A stretch of DNA of 64,000 nt from Dehalococcoidia bacterium (lineage in GTDB: Bacteria > Chloroflexota > Dehalococcoidia > Plut-88900). The translations under genes and the position numbers were made by a program. The notes beneath the pieces are model-generated. The model had not been told where the DNA came from and did not search any database. It saw only the letters and a list, made by a program, of their open reading frames with translations. This document shows, piece after piece, positions 47,627 through 57,946 of the stretch (the stretch's first letter is position 1; every line of letters starts with the position of its first letter). The DNA is taken from positions 224,001 through 288,000 of the forward strand of contig OZ240219.1 in NCBI GenBank assembly GCA_965197645.1. The letters run 5' to 3'.

Positions 47627-48847
47627 ATGCAGGCGTATCCGGACAGCCCTCCCCGGCTGGATAGAGTCGAGACCAGCATACCCCTCAGCTATTACTACGA
47701 CGCCGCCCACTATCAACGGGAGCTGGACATCTTCTGGCTGAGAGGCTGGATCTATGCCTGTCGCACGGATGAGGTCGCCGCACCGGGAGACTACGCGGTG
47801 GCGAAGATCGGTGATCAAGCTGTGTTCGTCACCCGAGACAGGGGCGGTCGGCTCCGGGCCTTTCACAACACCTGCAGACACCGGGGCTCGATCTTGTGCA
47901 CCAAGGCCCAGGGCCGGTTCAAGGGCGGCGCCATAGTGTGCCCATACCACGGCTGGACATATGACCTAGAGGGGAGCCTGGTCTCCACACCTCACCGGCT
48001 GCCCGTCGGGGACTTCGATATGTCGGCGTACCCTCTGTACGATGTGGCTGTCGACCAATGGGGAGGCTTCGTCTTCGTCAACCTGTCCGTCGATGGGGTG
48101 GTCCCGCTGCAGAGCGTCCTCGGCGACCTGCCCGTCCGTTTTCAGAACTACCACATAGACGAACTGAAGGTGGGACACCGGGTGGTCAGAGAGGTGGAAG
48201 CCAACTGGAAGATACTGGTGGAGAACTTTGCCGAGTGCCTTCATTGCCCCAACGTCCACCCGGAGCTGTGCCGCATAGTGCCGCTGCATGCCCGGGGGTT
48301 GCTCTACCCCAGAGAGGACCCGGAACGCCCTCCCACCGATGACCCAACCAGGGAGTTCCGGCTGGAGCTGGCCAGCCCCGAGATGGTCACCTACACCATG
48401 GACGGGACCACCAACCGACCTTTCTTCCGAGACTTAACGGATGACCAGAAGGGCAATCCCTACCAGGCGGAGGGAATGCTTCCCAACTTCTACCTCAACG
48501 TGCACCCTGACTACATCAACACCATCAGGATGCTGCCCAAGGGGCCCACCCGTACCGAGGTAACCTACGACTGGCTGTTCGAGGTCTCTACCATGGAGCG
48601 AGAGGACTTCGACGTCAAACAGGCCTACGAGCTCTGGGACATCACTTTCCTTCAGGACACCAGCAACTGCGAGTGGCAGCAGGAGGGCCTGCTCAGCCGC
48701 CGACACCACCACAACGTATACATGCCCCAGGAAGCAGGGGTCTGGTCCTTCAACCAGTGGGTGTTGCAGGAGTTGGGGGAACAGGAAGGCCCTCCGCTCA
48801 AGGGCAGAAAGCGTTGGTCGGGGTCTGTTCCCGCGCCTACCGGTTGA
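47627..48847 (+). CDS. Rieske non-heme iron oxygenase alpha subunit (GbcA/choline-monooxygenase-like)
   Basis: Rieske CRH...CPYH; Fe site 'ENFAECLHC..VHPEL' and 'QD'. Confidence 0.9.
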   Translation: MQAYPDSPPRLDRVETSIPLSYYYDAAHYQRELDIFWLRGWIYACRTDEVAAPGDYAVAKIGDQAVFVTRDRGGRLRAFHNTCRHRGSILCTKAQGRFKGGAIVCPYHGWTYDLEGSLVSTPHRLPVGDFDMSAYPLYDVAVDQWGGFVFVNLSVDGVVPLQSVLGDLPVRFQNYHIDELKVGHRVVREVEANWKILVENFAECLHCPNVHPELCRIVPLHARGLLYPREDPERPPTDDPTREFRLELASPEMVTYTMDGTTNRPFFRDLTDDQKGNPYQAEGMLPNFYLNVHPDYINTIRMLPKGPTRTEVTYDWLFEVSTMEREDFDVKQAYELWDITFLQDTSNCEWQQEGLLSRRHHHNVYMPQEAGVWSFNQWVLQELGEQEGPPLKGRKRWSGSVPAPTG

Positions 48848-48930
48848 AAAAGATACCCTCGTTGTTCACAATAGCGGCGTCTGGTGGTGCTCCGAAGACT
48901 CCTTGACCAGAGATCGAAAGGGGGAAGGCT

Positions 48931-50016
48931 ATGAGCGTTCAAGGTACGACTACACGGGTGGAACGCATCCATTCCTTGCGCATAATCGAGGAATACTTCT
49001 GGATGTACCTGCGTCACCTGCACACCTCGGTGTCGCAGCGCCTGGGGGAGCCGGGCATCAAGGCCCTTGAGCAGGGATACCGGACGGCGGGCCGGTACCG
49101 GGGCGAGGGACTGCGGGAGAACCCCCAGAACCTGGCCGAGGGCAACGATGCTCTAGCCCTGATGCGAGCTTGGGATGTAGCCGATCTCGCATTCACCGAT
49201 CCTGATGCCAACCTGAAAGTCGAAGGCGGGTCGGGTCGGGTAACCGTCAGTCTGCCCAACACACCCGGGAGCGCCTACTTCGCATCCCGTGAGGGCGGGG
49301 ACGTACTGGCCCCTTACTGGAGAGAAACCCTGGCGGGAATCGCCGAAGGCTACGACGACCAGCTTTCCGTGTCTCACTCCGATACATCGGCCACCGGGCA
49401 GCAGCCGTTGACCATTACCTGGACCTACTCGGGAGACACCGCCAGCGCATCCGATACCATGCCCATGGACACCTTTGCCGACGTAGCGGCCACCATCCGA
49501 ATGTCCCGAAGGACCTTCGGGGTGTTCTCGGCGCTGTGCATGTACACCTACTGGGCCCTCAAGGAACGGTTCGACGCCACGGGCGAAGAGCTGGTCAGAA
49601 CGTCGTTGTACAACTTCGGGTTCGAACGGTCGTCGGGAATGCTGGAGCAGGCCAAGAAAGAGGAACTGCCCATCAACTTCGAGACGTGGAGCGAGCTGGG
49701 CAAGGAGCGGGATCCCTACGGCACTACATTCGTGTTCAGGGGCGAAGCCCACACGTCTCCCGGCGTCATGCAGTCCTCCTGCACCTACTGCCCGTGCGCC
49801 GAGGTCTGGTCCGAGGAGGGTAACAAAGGCTTGGCCTTCGGGTACATCTACGACATGGAGGTGCACCGGGGTCTGGTCGAAGGCTTCCACCCCGGCGGCG
49901 TGGTGGCCTGGGAAAAGGTCAAGACCCGAGGTGACAAGGTGTGCAACTTCCGGTTCTCCATCCCAGAGCTGGTGACCGACACAGACCCCGAGTGGGCCCG
50001 GAAAGCCCTGCGCTAA
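48931..50016 (+). CDS. two-domain protein resembling the L-2-amino-thiazoline-4-carboxylic acid hydrolase-like family
   Basis: Repeated 'L..R..E.G...L......G..R' halves; C-terminal 'CP.AEVW..G..Y..E.H......F.P..T.GD..C.F'. Confidence 0.6.
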   Translation: MSVQGTTTRVERIHSLRIIEEYFWMYLRHLHTSVSQRLGEPGIKALEQGYRTAGRYRGEGLRENPQNLAEGNDALALMRAWDVADLAFTDPDANLKVEGGSGRVTVSLPNTPGSAYFASREGGDVLAPYWRETLAGIAEGYDDQLSVSHSDTSATGQQPLTITWTYSGDTASASDTMPMDTFADVAATIRMSRRTFGVFSALCMYTYWALKERFDATGEELVRTSLYNFGFERSSGMLEQAKKEELPINFETWSELGKERDPYGTTFVFRGEAHTSPGVMQSSCTYCPCAEVWSEEGNKGLAFGYIYDMEVHRGLVEGFHPGGVVAWEKVKTRGDKVCNFRFSIPELVTDTDPEWARKALR

Positions 50017-50029
50017 CCTGCAGCCGGAG

Positions 50030-52090
50030 CTAGCGCAACGCGGCGGCTATGTTCCCTCCGTCTACCGTGGTGACGTTGGCCGTGGACTTGGTCTGAAGGG
50101 CCTGGTGCACGAAAGCCTGGGCCACGTCGGCCGCCGTAACCTCGATACCCAGCAGGTTGCCGGCCATATATTCCGACTCGGTGACTCCACGTGCCTTGGC
50201 CCTGGCAGAGATCAGCTCCGGCGTCAGCATTCCGCTGCGAATGTGGTCGGCGTTCACGGCGTTGGACCGGATGCCGTCCCGCCCGTAGTCCAGGGCGTAC
50301 TGGCGAGCGAGGAACAGCGTCGCAGCCTTGGGAAGGCCGTAGGGCCCGAAGTCGGCGCCCGGGTTGACCGCCTGCTTGGAAACGTTGAAGACCAGCGTTC
50401 CACCCATCCCCTGTGCCCTCATTATCTCCACGGCGTTTTGAGCGACGGTCTGATGGGCGAAGAAGTTCAGCTCGAAGCTCTCTCGCAGCGAGGCGTCGCT
50501 CACCTCACCGATCTTCCCCTGCCACGCGGCCCCGGCGTTGGACACCACTATATCGACACCGCCGAAAACCTCGCAGACCCGATTGAAGACCGACCGAACC
50601 GATTCTCGATCCGTCACGTCACACTCGATGCCCAGAGCCGTCGAGCTTGTTTTCGAAGCCGCATTCTGCGCCGCGTCGGCATCGACGTCCAGGACGGCCA
50701 CCTCCGCCCCCTGCTTGCTGAATGCAGAGGCTATGGCCGACCCGATGGCCCCTCCGCCCCCGGTGACCACCACCACGTGGCCGGCCAACGGCTTTTCGGC
50801 TGCCTTGCCCAGCTTGGCCTGTTCCAGGGACCAGTACTCCACGTCGAACATCTCCGCCTCGGAGATAGATTCGAAGGCGCCGATTGCCTCGGCGTCGGTT
50901 ATCGTCCGCACCGTGCTCTCGGCTATGTCGGCAGCAACCCGGGCAGCCTTCGCATTCCTGCCCAGGCCGTACAGGCCGAGACCGGGCACCAGCACAACCC
51001 TGGGCACGGGGTCCAGCTCGACCAGGGAGTCGGAGTAGCGGGCGTTATGCCGTCGATAGTACTCCTTGTACCTGTGCATAAACTGGACAGCGGCGTCTTC
51101 AACCGCTTTCTTGAAGGAGCCGGCATCTTCCGCATCGGGCGCCGGAACTAACAGGGGCCAGTTCTTGGTCCTGATGGTGTGATCGGGCGTTGCCACGCCT
51201 GACTGGCTGTAGCGTTCCAGCTCTTTGCCATTGACGTAGGAAAGGATCTCGTCCGAGGTCCTGAAGTCCAGCACGAACGGCTTTTGTCCTGCACCATCGT
51301 CAGAGCCGGCTATCTTGCAGGCGCCCCGCAGTATCGGTCCCACCGAAGCGGCGGGCAGGATGCTTTCCGGTAGTTCGATCGTTGGAAAGACCCGCTTGAG
51401 GCCCCTTTTCAACCGCTTCTCCACCAGAGTCACGAAATCTATCATCCTGTCGTAGGCCTCGATGGCGGTCTCTCCGAAGGTGAATATCCCGTGCTTGATC
51501 AGTACCAGCCCCTGAACGTCCGGGCGTTCCTTGAACACCTTTTCCGAGATTTTGGACAGCGGGAACCCGGGCATCACGTAGGGCACAATGCCGATCCTAT
51601 CGCCCAGGACGTCCCTGCACAGCTCGTCCCCGTTCTGCTGGTCGGTAAGGCTCAAGACGGATACGGCGTGGGTGTGGTCTACGAACTTGTGAGGAAGATT
51701 GGCATGCAGCAACGTCTCCACCGAGGGGTTGGGAGAGTTGGCATCCAGCAGGTTGGTGCGCTGGTAGTTGACCATTTCGTCGTCCGTGAGGCTCTCGACG
51801 TTGCGCAGCTCCAGCAGCGGGTCCAATCGCACGGCGGGAAGGCCCGGCGGCTCGATATCGGCCATGTCCCAGCCACTTCCCTTGACGCAGAGAACGTCCA
51901 CCTGCTTGCCCAGCAGGTCCCGCATCCGGCACTTTACCGAGGTGTTTCCGCCGCCGTGCAGCACCAGCTCAGGGTTGCGACCCAGAAGACGGGTGGTGTA
52001 GACGCGTAGCGCCAGGTCCTCATTGACGCCCTGGTCGGCGTACCGTTTAACCATCTCCCGAGCATCGGTGTCGGACCACATGTTTTTCAT
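50030..52090 (-). CDS. bifunctional class II aldolase / short-chain dehydrogenase (RhaD/RhaEW-like)
   Basis: 'LVLHGGGNTSVK', 'PSVETLLH', 'HTH', 'TPDH.IRTK', 'EYWSLEQAKL', TGGGGAIG, YxxxK. Confidence 0.92.
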   Translation of the reverse strand: MKNMWSDTDAREMVKRYADQGVNEDLALRVYTTRLLGRNPELVLHGGGNTSVKCRMRDLLGKQVDVLCVKGSGWDMADIEPPGLPAVRLDPLLELRNVESLTDDEMVNYQRTNLLDANSPNPSVETLLHANLPHKFVDHTHAVSVLSLTDQQNGDELCRDVLGDRIGIVPYVMPGFPLSKISEKVFKERPDVQGLVLIKHGIFTFGETAIEAYDRMIDFVTLVEKRLKRGLKRVFPTIELPESILPAASVGPILRGACKIAGSDDGAGQKPFVLDFRTSDEILSYVNGKELERYSQSGVATPDHTIRTKNWPLLVPAPDAEDAGSFKKAVEDAAVQFMHRYKEYYRRHNARYSDSLVELDPVPRVVLVPGLGLYGLGRNAKAARVAADIAESTVRTITDAEAIGAFESISEAEMFDVEYWSLEQAKLGKAAEKPLAGHVVVVTGGGGAIGSAIASAFSKQGAEVAVLDVDADAAQNAASKTSSTALGIECDVTDRESVRSVFNRVCEVFGGVDIVVSNAGAAWQGKIGEVSDASLRESFELNFFAHQTVAQNAVEIMRAQGMGGTLVFNVSKQAVNPGADFGPYGLPKAATLFLARQYALDYGRDGIRSNAVNADHIRSGMLTPELISARAKARGVTESEYMAGNLLGIEVTAADVAQAFVHQALQTKSTANVTTVDGGNIAAALR

Positions 52091-52163
52091 CTCAGCATCC
52101 TCTGTTGATGGCTTGTCTGCCCGGATTATACAGCCCGACCCAGGGATGGAGGCGACGGGACAG

Positions 52164-52967
52164 CTATTTCCTGGCCGTGATTACGTGGCACTGAACTGGC
52201 GCGGCCAGCCCGTCGTCGTCCATGTACTGGCAAAGCGAGTCGGTCACGCCCTTTACAAGCACGGATAAGACCTCATCATCGGTGAACAGGTCCGCGACCG
52301 GCGTCGAGGCGAGGTAACCGGGCAGGAACTCGGCGATGGACGGATGGCGAATCCATTTGCCCTCGATGCGAATGTGCGCCTCCCGAAACGCTGCGCCTGC
52401 GATCAAACCCAGGAGCTCATCGCGGTCGCCCAGCGAGAAGGACCAGCGGACTACCTCCGCCGCTTCGAGGCTGACGTGTCGCTCCAGGGCATCCGCCACC
52501 GCCCGGTGCCACGGACAATGCTCGATCGATCTGAAGACGTTCAGCGCCATCCGGCCTCCCGGTCTCAGTACCCGGTTCATCTCCTTCAGGGCGGCCGATT
52601 TGTCGGCGAAAAACTGGAGCCCCTGCTGGCAGAGCACAACGTCAAATTCCGAGCTCCCGAAGGGCATTTCGGCGGCATCAACGCGTTGCCACTCTATCCG
52701 CTGTCCCCCCATCGAACGCGCCACGTCGAGCATGCCCCGGTTGACGTCCAACCCGACCACCCGGCCCTCCTCTCCCACCCTTCGATCCGCCTCCCGAGTC
52801 ACCAGGCCCGTGCCACAGGCTACGTCAAGTACGCGATGACCACGCCGTATGCCGGCGGCTTCGATCAGGTCCTCGGTCCATGGCGCAACGATGCTCTTGC
52901 CAATGTACCGATGGTACGCTTGGGAGGAATCTGGGTGCAGCTGCCAGGTCCGGTCCGGATTCGCCAT
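52164..52967 (-). CDS. class I SAM-dependent methyltransferase
   Basis: 'VLDVACGTG', 'GLD', 'FDVVLCQQGLQFF', 'RVLRPGG'. Confidence 0.9.
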   Translation of the reverse strand: MANPDRTWQLHPDSSQAYHRYIGKSIVAPWTEDLIEAAGIRRGHRVLDVACGTGLVTREADRRVGEEGRVVGLDVNRGMLDVARSMGGQRIEWQRVDAAEMPFGSSEFDVVLCQQGLQFFADKSAALKEMNRVLRPGGRMALNVFRSIEHCPWHRAVADALERHVSLEAAEVVRWSFSLGDRDELLGLIAGAAFREAHIRIEGKWIRHPSIAEFLPGYLASTPVADLFTDDEVLSVLVKGVTDSLCQYMDDDGLAAPVQCHVITARK

Positions 52968-53094
52968 TGCCGGATGGTACGCCATCCCCTTTCGGGCTGG
53001 CAAATAGACCCGCTCGGCTATTGCGATGCGGGCATTACAAGTGGTACAAATGGGGCAGAGCGTCTAACAGGGATATCCAGCAAGGAGACGAGGA

Positions 53095-54171
53095 ATGAAA
53101 GCCAAGGCAGCCGTCCTGTACGAATACAACACGCCGCAAGTCGTCGAGGAGGTGGACGTAGCATCCCCACAGGAAGGTGAGGTGATGGTGAAACTCGCCG
53201 CCTCCGGTGTGTGCTACAGCAACTATCACATCATCCTGGGCCACTTCCCCATGGTGGAGTGTCCCACCATCCTGGGCGACGAGGGCGCCGGCACCATAGT
53301 AGAAGTGGGGGCCGGGGTCAAGAACGTCAAGGTCGGCGACCCCGTGGTGCTGTCGTGGGTGCCCAACTGCAACAACTGCTTCTACTGCAACCGCGGAGAG
53401 TTCCAGCTCTGCGATAAAGGCTTCGCCACCTCCCGGTTCAGTAAGGACGGCAAGTTCATCGACATCTACTCCAACGTCTCCTCCTTTTCCGAGTACACAG
53501 TTGTCCCGGAGACCGGGGTCATACCCATCCGGACCGACGTCCCCCTGGACAAGGCCGCCCTGGTCGGGTGCGCCGTGCCCACGGGTTGGGGCTCGGTGGT
53601 CAACACGGCTAGAGTGGAGCCGGGTTCCACCGTCGCCGTCATCGGACTCGGTGGCGTGGGACTGAGCGCGGTGATGGGGGCCGTCACGGTGGACGCCGAG
53701 AAGATCATCGGTGTGGACATTAACGGCGCCAAGCTGGAGCTTTCCAAGGACTTCGGCGTTACCCACGTGATCGACTCTTCCAAGGAGGACCTGGTGACGG
53801 CGCTAAAGGAGCTGACCGATGGGCGAGGCCCGGACTACGCCTTCGATACCATCGGCATCCCGGAGGTCACCTCCCAGGCCTATACCGCCATCCGTAACGG
53901 TGGAACGGTGGTGACCGTCGGCATGAATGCCGTTTGGGCCGAAGTTACCCTCAGTTTCCCCCTGATCTACGGAGAGCGGAAGCTGCTCGGGTCCCGGTAC
54001 GGCTCTATCCAGCCGGCAAAGGACATCCCCCGCATCCTGGACCTGTACATGGCGGGCAAGCTGGACCTGGACAAGCTGATCACCAAACGGTTCGGCATCG
54101 AGGGTATCAACGAGGCCTTCGATACAATGGTTGGGGGCGAAGTAGCCCGTTGTGTAATCGATTTCGGGTAA
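53095..54171 (+). CDS. Zn-dependent alcohol dehydrogenase family protein with variant catalytic-Zn motif
   Basis: Structural CNNCFYC..C, 'GCAVPTG', GLGGVG; 'CYSN' and 'GDEGAG' instead of CHSD/GHEGAG. Confidence 0.9.
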   Translation: MKAKAAVLYEYNTPQVVEEVDVASPQEGEVMVKLAASGVCYSNYHIILGHFPMVECPTILGDEGAGTIVEVGAGVKNVKVGDPVVLSWVPNCNNCFYCNRGEFQLCDKGFATSRFSKDGKFIDIYSNVSSFSEYTVVPETGVIPIRTDVPLDKAALVGCAVPTGWGSVVNTARVEPGSTVAVIGLGGVGLSAVMGAVTVDAEKIIGVDINGAKLELSKDFGVTHVIDSSKEDLVTALKELTDGRGPDYAFDTIGIPEVTSQAYTAIRNGGTVVTVGMNAVWAEVTLSFPLIYGERKLLGSRYGSIQPAKDIPRILDLYMAGKLDLDKLITKRFGIEGINEAFDTMVGGEVARCVIDFG

Positions 54172-54520
54172 ACGTTTCCGCCCATCCCCCTTGCCTCCTT
54201 CCCGGCCGAGAAGGGGAAAATGTTTCTGAGATACACCCCTTTAGAGGGCTCAGGGTAGGCTCTCAGACTCCCGGTAAAGAGGATTCCTCGATGGACTCGG
54301 AATGACAGAAGGGGAGGTGGGGGCAGCCCCTGCGGCTGACATCATGGGAGTCCAGAGTTTTCTCCCGACGGCAGTCCCGGAAAAAAGAGCTTCGCCCCTC
54401 TCTTCTCTCACATTATGGGTGCAGGGCCTCGCCCTGCCTCTGGCAGGGAGTTTGGGGGAATGTGCCCCCAAGTGTAACATCGTCCCAGGGTGGGTGGGAG
54501 TGTAGAACCACCTGGGGCGG
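54172..54520 (+). repeat. composite intergenic repeat, copy 2, with nested REP-like pieces
   Basis: See copy 1; also contains 'CCCTTTAGAGGGCTCAGGGTAGGC' and 'GGATTCCTCG..CTCGGAATGAC'. Confidence 0.85.
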
Positions 54521-54541
54521 AGCGCCCGCCAGAGCGCGGTG

Positions 54542-55681
54542 CTACGTCCGAAAAGCCGGCATGACCTCGTCGGCGAACCTGGTCAGCTGCTCAGAGTACT
54601 CCGCCAGAGACATCCCCTCCGGCCAGTGCAGGATCACGTGCTCCAGGCCCGGGTACCGCGCCTCGAACTCCTTCAGCACCTCGATGGCATAGGAGGACGG
54701 GCCGCACAGCCACACCTTCTGGTCCACTCCGTCCTGCAGCGATGGGGTGCGGGCCGGTGCGCCGGGCGTACCCCAGGGCCGGCCCTCCTCGTCGGCGTAC
54801 CTGACTAGACCAAAGGGCGCGAACCATTTGTACCGTTCGTCGTGATACGGCTCGACGCGTCGCATGGCCTCTTCCCGGGTCTCGTCTATGTAGAAGAAAA
54901 GCCCTAGCGCCAGATCTTCACCCAACTCCAGATGACGGCCCGAGCGCTCAGACGCATCTTGAAAGGTGTGGAACACCTGGTCAACCAGCAACTCTCCGGT
55001 GCCGTGCACCACGCCATTGATGCCATTCTGGGCTATGTATTCGATGGTCCGGCCGCTGACTATCGGCTGCCATATCTGCACGGGCCTGTTGATGGGCCTG
55101 GGGACCAAGGTGACGTCCTCCAGCTGGTATCCCCGATACTCGACCTGGGCAGGGATGGTGTAGTTCTTGCCGCGATGGGAGAACTGCTCCTCGTTGAAGG
55201 CCTTGAACAACACCTCCATCTGCTCTTCGAACAGTTCTTTGTTGGCATCGTTGTCCGCCATCGGCGAGCCCATCGTCTCGACCTCTCGTGTGTGGTAGCC
55301 GCGGCCGACGCCAAAGATGACCCGGCCGTTGGTCAGAATGTCGGCCATGGCGTAGTCTTCGGCCAGTCTGATCGGGTGCCACATCGGCACAATGCTGAAG
55401 GCACAGCCGAACTTGAGCCGTTGCGTCTGGGTGGCCAGGTAGGTGCTGAGCATGAGCAGGTTGGGCACGCATTCGTAGCCCTCCCGCTGGAAATGGTGTT
55501 CGGCCATCCACAGGGCGTAGTAGCCCTGCTCCTCCATCTGCCGGGCGATGCGGGTCGCCATGTCGAAGCACTGGACCAGCTTTTCATTGGGATAGCGCCG
55601 CTCGTCGGCTGGGGTGCCGTCCGACCCCACGTTGTCCAGCTCGACGTGTCCCACGTAGAGGACCGAGAAATGCTTAATCAT
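54542..55681 (-). CDS. LLM-class flavin-dependent oxidoreductase
   Basis: 'WMAEHHF', 'HPIRLAED.AM.D.LT.GR..FGVGRGY', 'FADEVMP'. Confidence 0.92.
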   Translation of the reverse strand: MIKHFSVLYVGHVELDNVGSDGTPADERRYPNEKLVQCFDMATRIARQMEEQGYYALWMAEHHFQREGYECVPNLLMLSTYLATQTQRLKFGCAFSIVPMWHPIRLAEDYAMADILTNGRVIFGVGRGYHTREVETMGSPMADNDANKELFEEQMEVLFKAFNEEQFSHRGKNYTIPAQVEYRGYQLEDVTLVPRPINRPVQIWQPIVSGRTIEYIAQNGINGVVHGTGELLVDQVFHTFQDASERSGRHLELGEDLALGLFFYIDETREEAMRRVEPYHDERYKWFAPFGLVRYADEEGRPWGTPGAPARTPSLQDGVDQKVWLCGPSSYAIEVLKEFEARYPGLEHVILHWPEGMSLAEYSEQLTRFADEVMPAFRT

Positions 55682-55702
55682 TCCAGGGGACCCGCTATCC
55701 GG

Positions 55703-56881
55703 CTAACTGCGTTTGGCGACACTTGCGGAGTACGATTCCTGGGCCTTGTTCATGGCCCTGGTGTTCATCTCCACCAGCTCCGTCCTCTTCGCGATCGACC
55801 AGGCCTGGGACTCCCCCAGGCTGGCGACGGACCCCTGGAACTGGGGCATCACGTACCGAGCTATCAGCTCGTAGCTGTGAAGCACCTGCTCCCGGGTACC
55901 CCACTCGGTGGCCTGCACCAGCAGCCTGCCGAAGCCGCCCGATTCCTCGTCCAACCGGCGGATGTGGGCGATCAGGTCGTCGGGCGTCCCGACACACCAG
56001 TTTTCGGTTTCCACCATGTAGTCGACAATCTCTTCCATGGGCCCATCGTAGGATCGGGGCAGGCCCAGGGTGTTCTCGAAGTACTCTCTCTGGTACCGGC
56101 CCGAGCCGAGTCGAGCCTGCTCTATGGCTTCCTTCTTGGTCTCGGCGAGATGAACGTGCAGCACGATGCCCCAGTCGTCCCTGCTCACGGTGTTGCCATG
56201 CTCGGCGGCCGTCTCCTCGGCGATCTGCCAGAACTTCGCCAGGTCAGGAGCAGCCGCGCCAGGCACGGCGACGGTGTTCAGAGACAACACGCTCAGCCCG
56301 AACTTACCGGCGCATACCATTCCAGCCGGCGATTGGGATGCGGCGACGGCCACCGGCATGTGAGGCTGGGTGAAGGGGCGCAGATGCACTCGTGCCTCTC
56401 GCAGGGTGAACCACTCCGATTCGTAGGTGATGGGCTCGGTCTCCTTCCAGAGACGGAGAATGATCCCCAGGGCCTCGTTCATTCGACTTCTCTGAACGGA
56501 CGGTTCGATGCCCAGCATATAGGCATCCCCGACCAGGGCGCCCGGACCGACTCCCATCATCACCCGGCCCCGGGTCATGTGGTCAAGTTGGATCATCCGG
56601 TTCGCCACCATCAAGGGATGATGATAGGGAAGGCTCAGCACGCCCGTGCCCAGCTTGATGTGCTTGGTGCGTTGGGCTGCGGCCCCTATGAAGATCTCCG
56701 GGGAAGCGATGGTCTCCCAGCCGGCACTGTGATGCTCGCCGATCCAGGCTTCATCGAACCCCAGGTCGTCCAGCCACTCGATAAGCTCCATGTCCCGTTC
56801 CAGGGCCAGCGTGGGATTTTCCTGCTCCCAATGAAATGGCGCCATGAATATACCGAACCTCATCCGACTTGGTAGTGTCAT
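55703..56881 (-). CDS. LLM-class flavin-dependent oxidoreductase (limonene 1,2-monooxygenase-like)
   Basis: 'FGIFMAPFH', 'WIGEHHSAG.E.I.SPE.FI', 'LDHMTRGR..GVGPGAL..DA', 'SYEL.AR.VMP.FQG'. Confidence 0.92.
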   Translation of the reverse strand: MTLPSRMRFGIFMAPFHWEQENPTLALERDMELIEWLDDLGFDEAWIGEHHSAGWETIASPEIFIGAAAQRTKHIKLGTGVLSLPYHHPLMVANRMIQLDHMTRGRVMMGVGPGALVGDAYMLGIEPSVQRSRMNEALGIILRLWKETEPITYESEWFTLREARVHLRPFTQPHMPVAVAASQSPAGMVCAGKFGLSVLSLNTVAVPGAAAPDLAKFWQIAEETAAEHGNTVSRDDWGIVLHVHLAETKKEAIEQARLGSGRYQREYFENTLGLPRSYDGPMEEIVDYMVETENWCVGTPDDLIAHIRRLDEESGGFGRLLVQATEWGTREQVLHSYELIARYVMPQFQGSVASLGESQAWSIAKRTELVEMNTRAMNKAQESYSASVAKRS

Positions 56882-57014
56882 GATCCGAACCTCCCCCGAC
56901 TTATAGGGCTAAAGAGTCACCTGAGAGCATCGTGCGCTCCGATAGTTTCCGATTTCAGTAAATAGCTATCCCGTTGGCTCCGGGCCTTGAAACCCCGTTT
57001 GCGGATGTGGCCTC

Positions 57015-57254
57015 TTATTGCTGCTTGGCTAGCTCATCAAGCCTATGGGACAAGAGAACCAGTAGGTTGTGCTGTTGTCGTAGCACCTCAAAAAGATAAG
57101 CGCTGAACTCTCCCTTGCCATAACTACCTGTAGCGCCAGTATGCAACGGTCCGAAGCTAGTGCTCTTGTCGTCGTGTTCCTTCTTAAACGAGGCAATAGT
57201 GGCCTCCAACGTATCCAGTCTCTCCCCAATCCGGTCCCGGTCTGATTCTGTCAC
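57015..57254 (-). CDS. hypothetical protein
   Basis: 79 aa, AGGAGG before GTG. Confidence 0.6.
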   Translation of the reverse strand: MTESDRDRIGERLDTLEATIASFKKEHDDKSTSFGPLHTGATGSYGKGEFSAYLFEVLRQQHNLLVLLSHRLDELAKQQ

Positions 57255-57316
57255 CTACCGGCCTCCTTTGTGCTCTCTCATTCTTTCGTGTGAAGTTCGG
57301 CTGTGGGGATACCGGC

Positions 57317-57586
57317 TTATTCCGCAATTTCTCCTTGCCAATGTTCCACGGCAACTGCACTCCCGTCTAATATACTGGCAACAAAATAGGCTTCCCATGA
57401 CCCTGCTGCTAGAGCCAGGTTAGGAGATTGGGTTCCATTATCAGAGTGGTGACGGATAAACGTTAGGCAACCACTTTGGTCAACCCGCACTTCATCAGCA
57501 TAGACGTATATCTGGCCATCCTGACTAAGGTTCGTTTTGACACACCAATAGTATCCTCCGTATTTCTCAGCCCCTGATCCTGCCAC
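57317..57586 (-). CDS. hypothetical protein
   Basis: 'YGGYYWCVKT.LS.DG.IYVYADE'; GTG start after a purine-rich stretch. Confidence 0.65.
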   Translation of the reverse strand: MAGSGAEKYGGYYWCVKTNLSQDGQIYVYADEVRVDQSGCLTFIRHHSDNGTQSPNLALAAGSWEAYFVASILDGSAVAVEHWQGEIAE

Positions 57587-57946
57587 AGTCCTCTGTCCTT
57601 CCTTGTGATCTCTCGCTGCACTCAATGCTTATTCCTTGCCCTGGCTTTTCCCTTGTCCCATGCTTCCAACTTGCCCCATATCTATCCCACAAAATCAGCA
57701 GTATCTCAGCTATCCGTAACACGAAGCTCTCTCATTCTTCCAGGCACAACTCGGTGGCGAGGGCACCGCTTTTGATTACAGCTTGCACACAGTGGTTGAT
57801 AGCGTCAAACAGGTTGAGCGTGATCTCTGGACACGGACGGACTTGCCCGTTGAATCTCCACCATAATCATAATTTGAGACCGCATATCGTACATGGGCAT
57901 ACACCCTCCGGGCTGATTCTGCCATCACGCCCTCTTACTCGTTATC

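Noticed and set aside
54932-56875. 647-aa plus-strand ORF, and similar long antisense ORFs at 26370..27782, 41219..42376, 4427..5464 and 50105..51151
   Set aside because: They mirror recognisable genes, show no motifs, and are expected from GC-rich codon bias.
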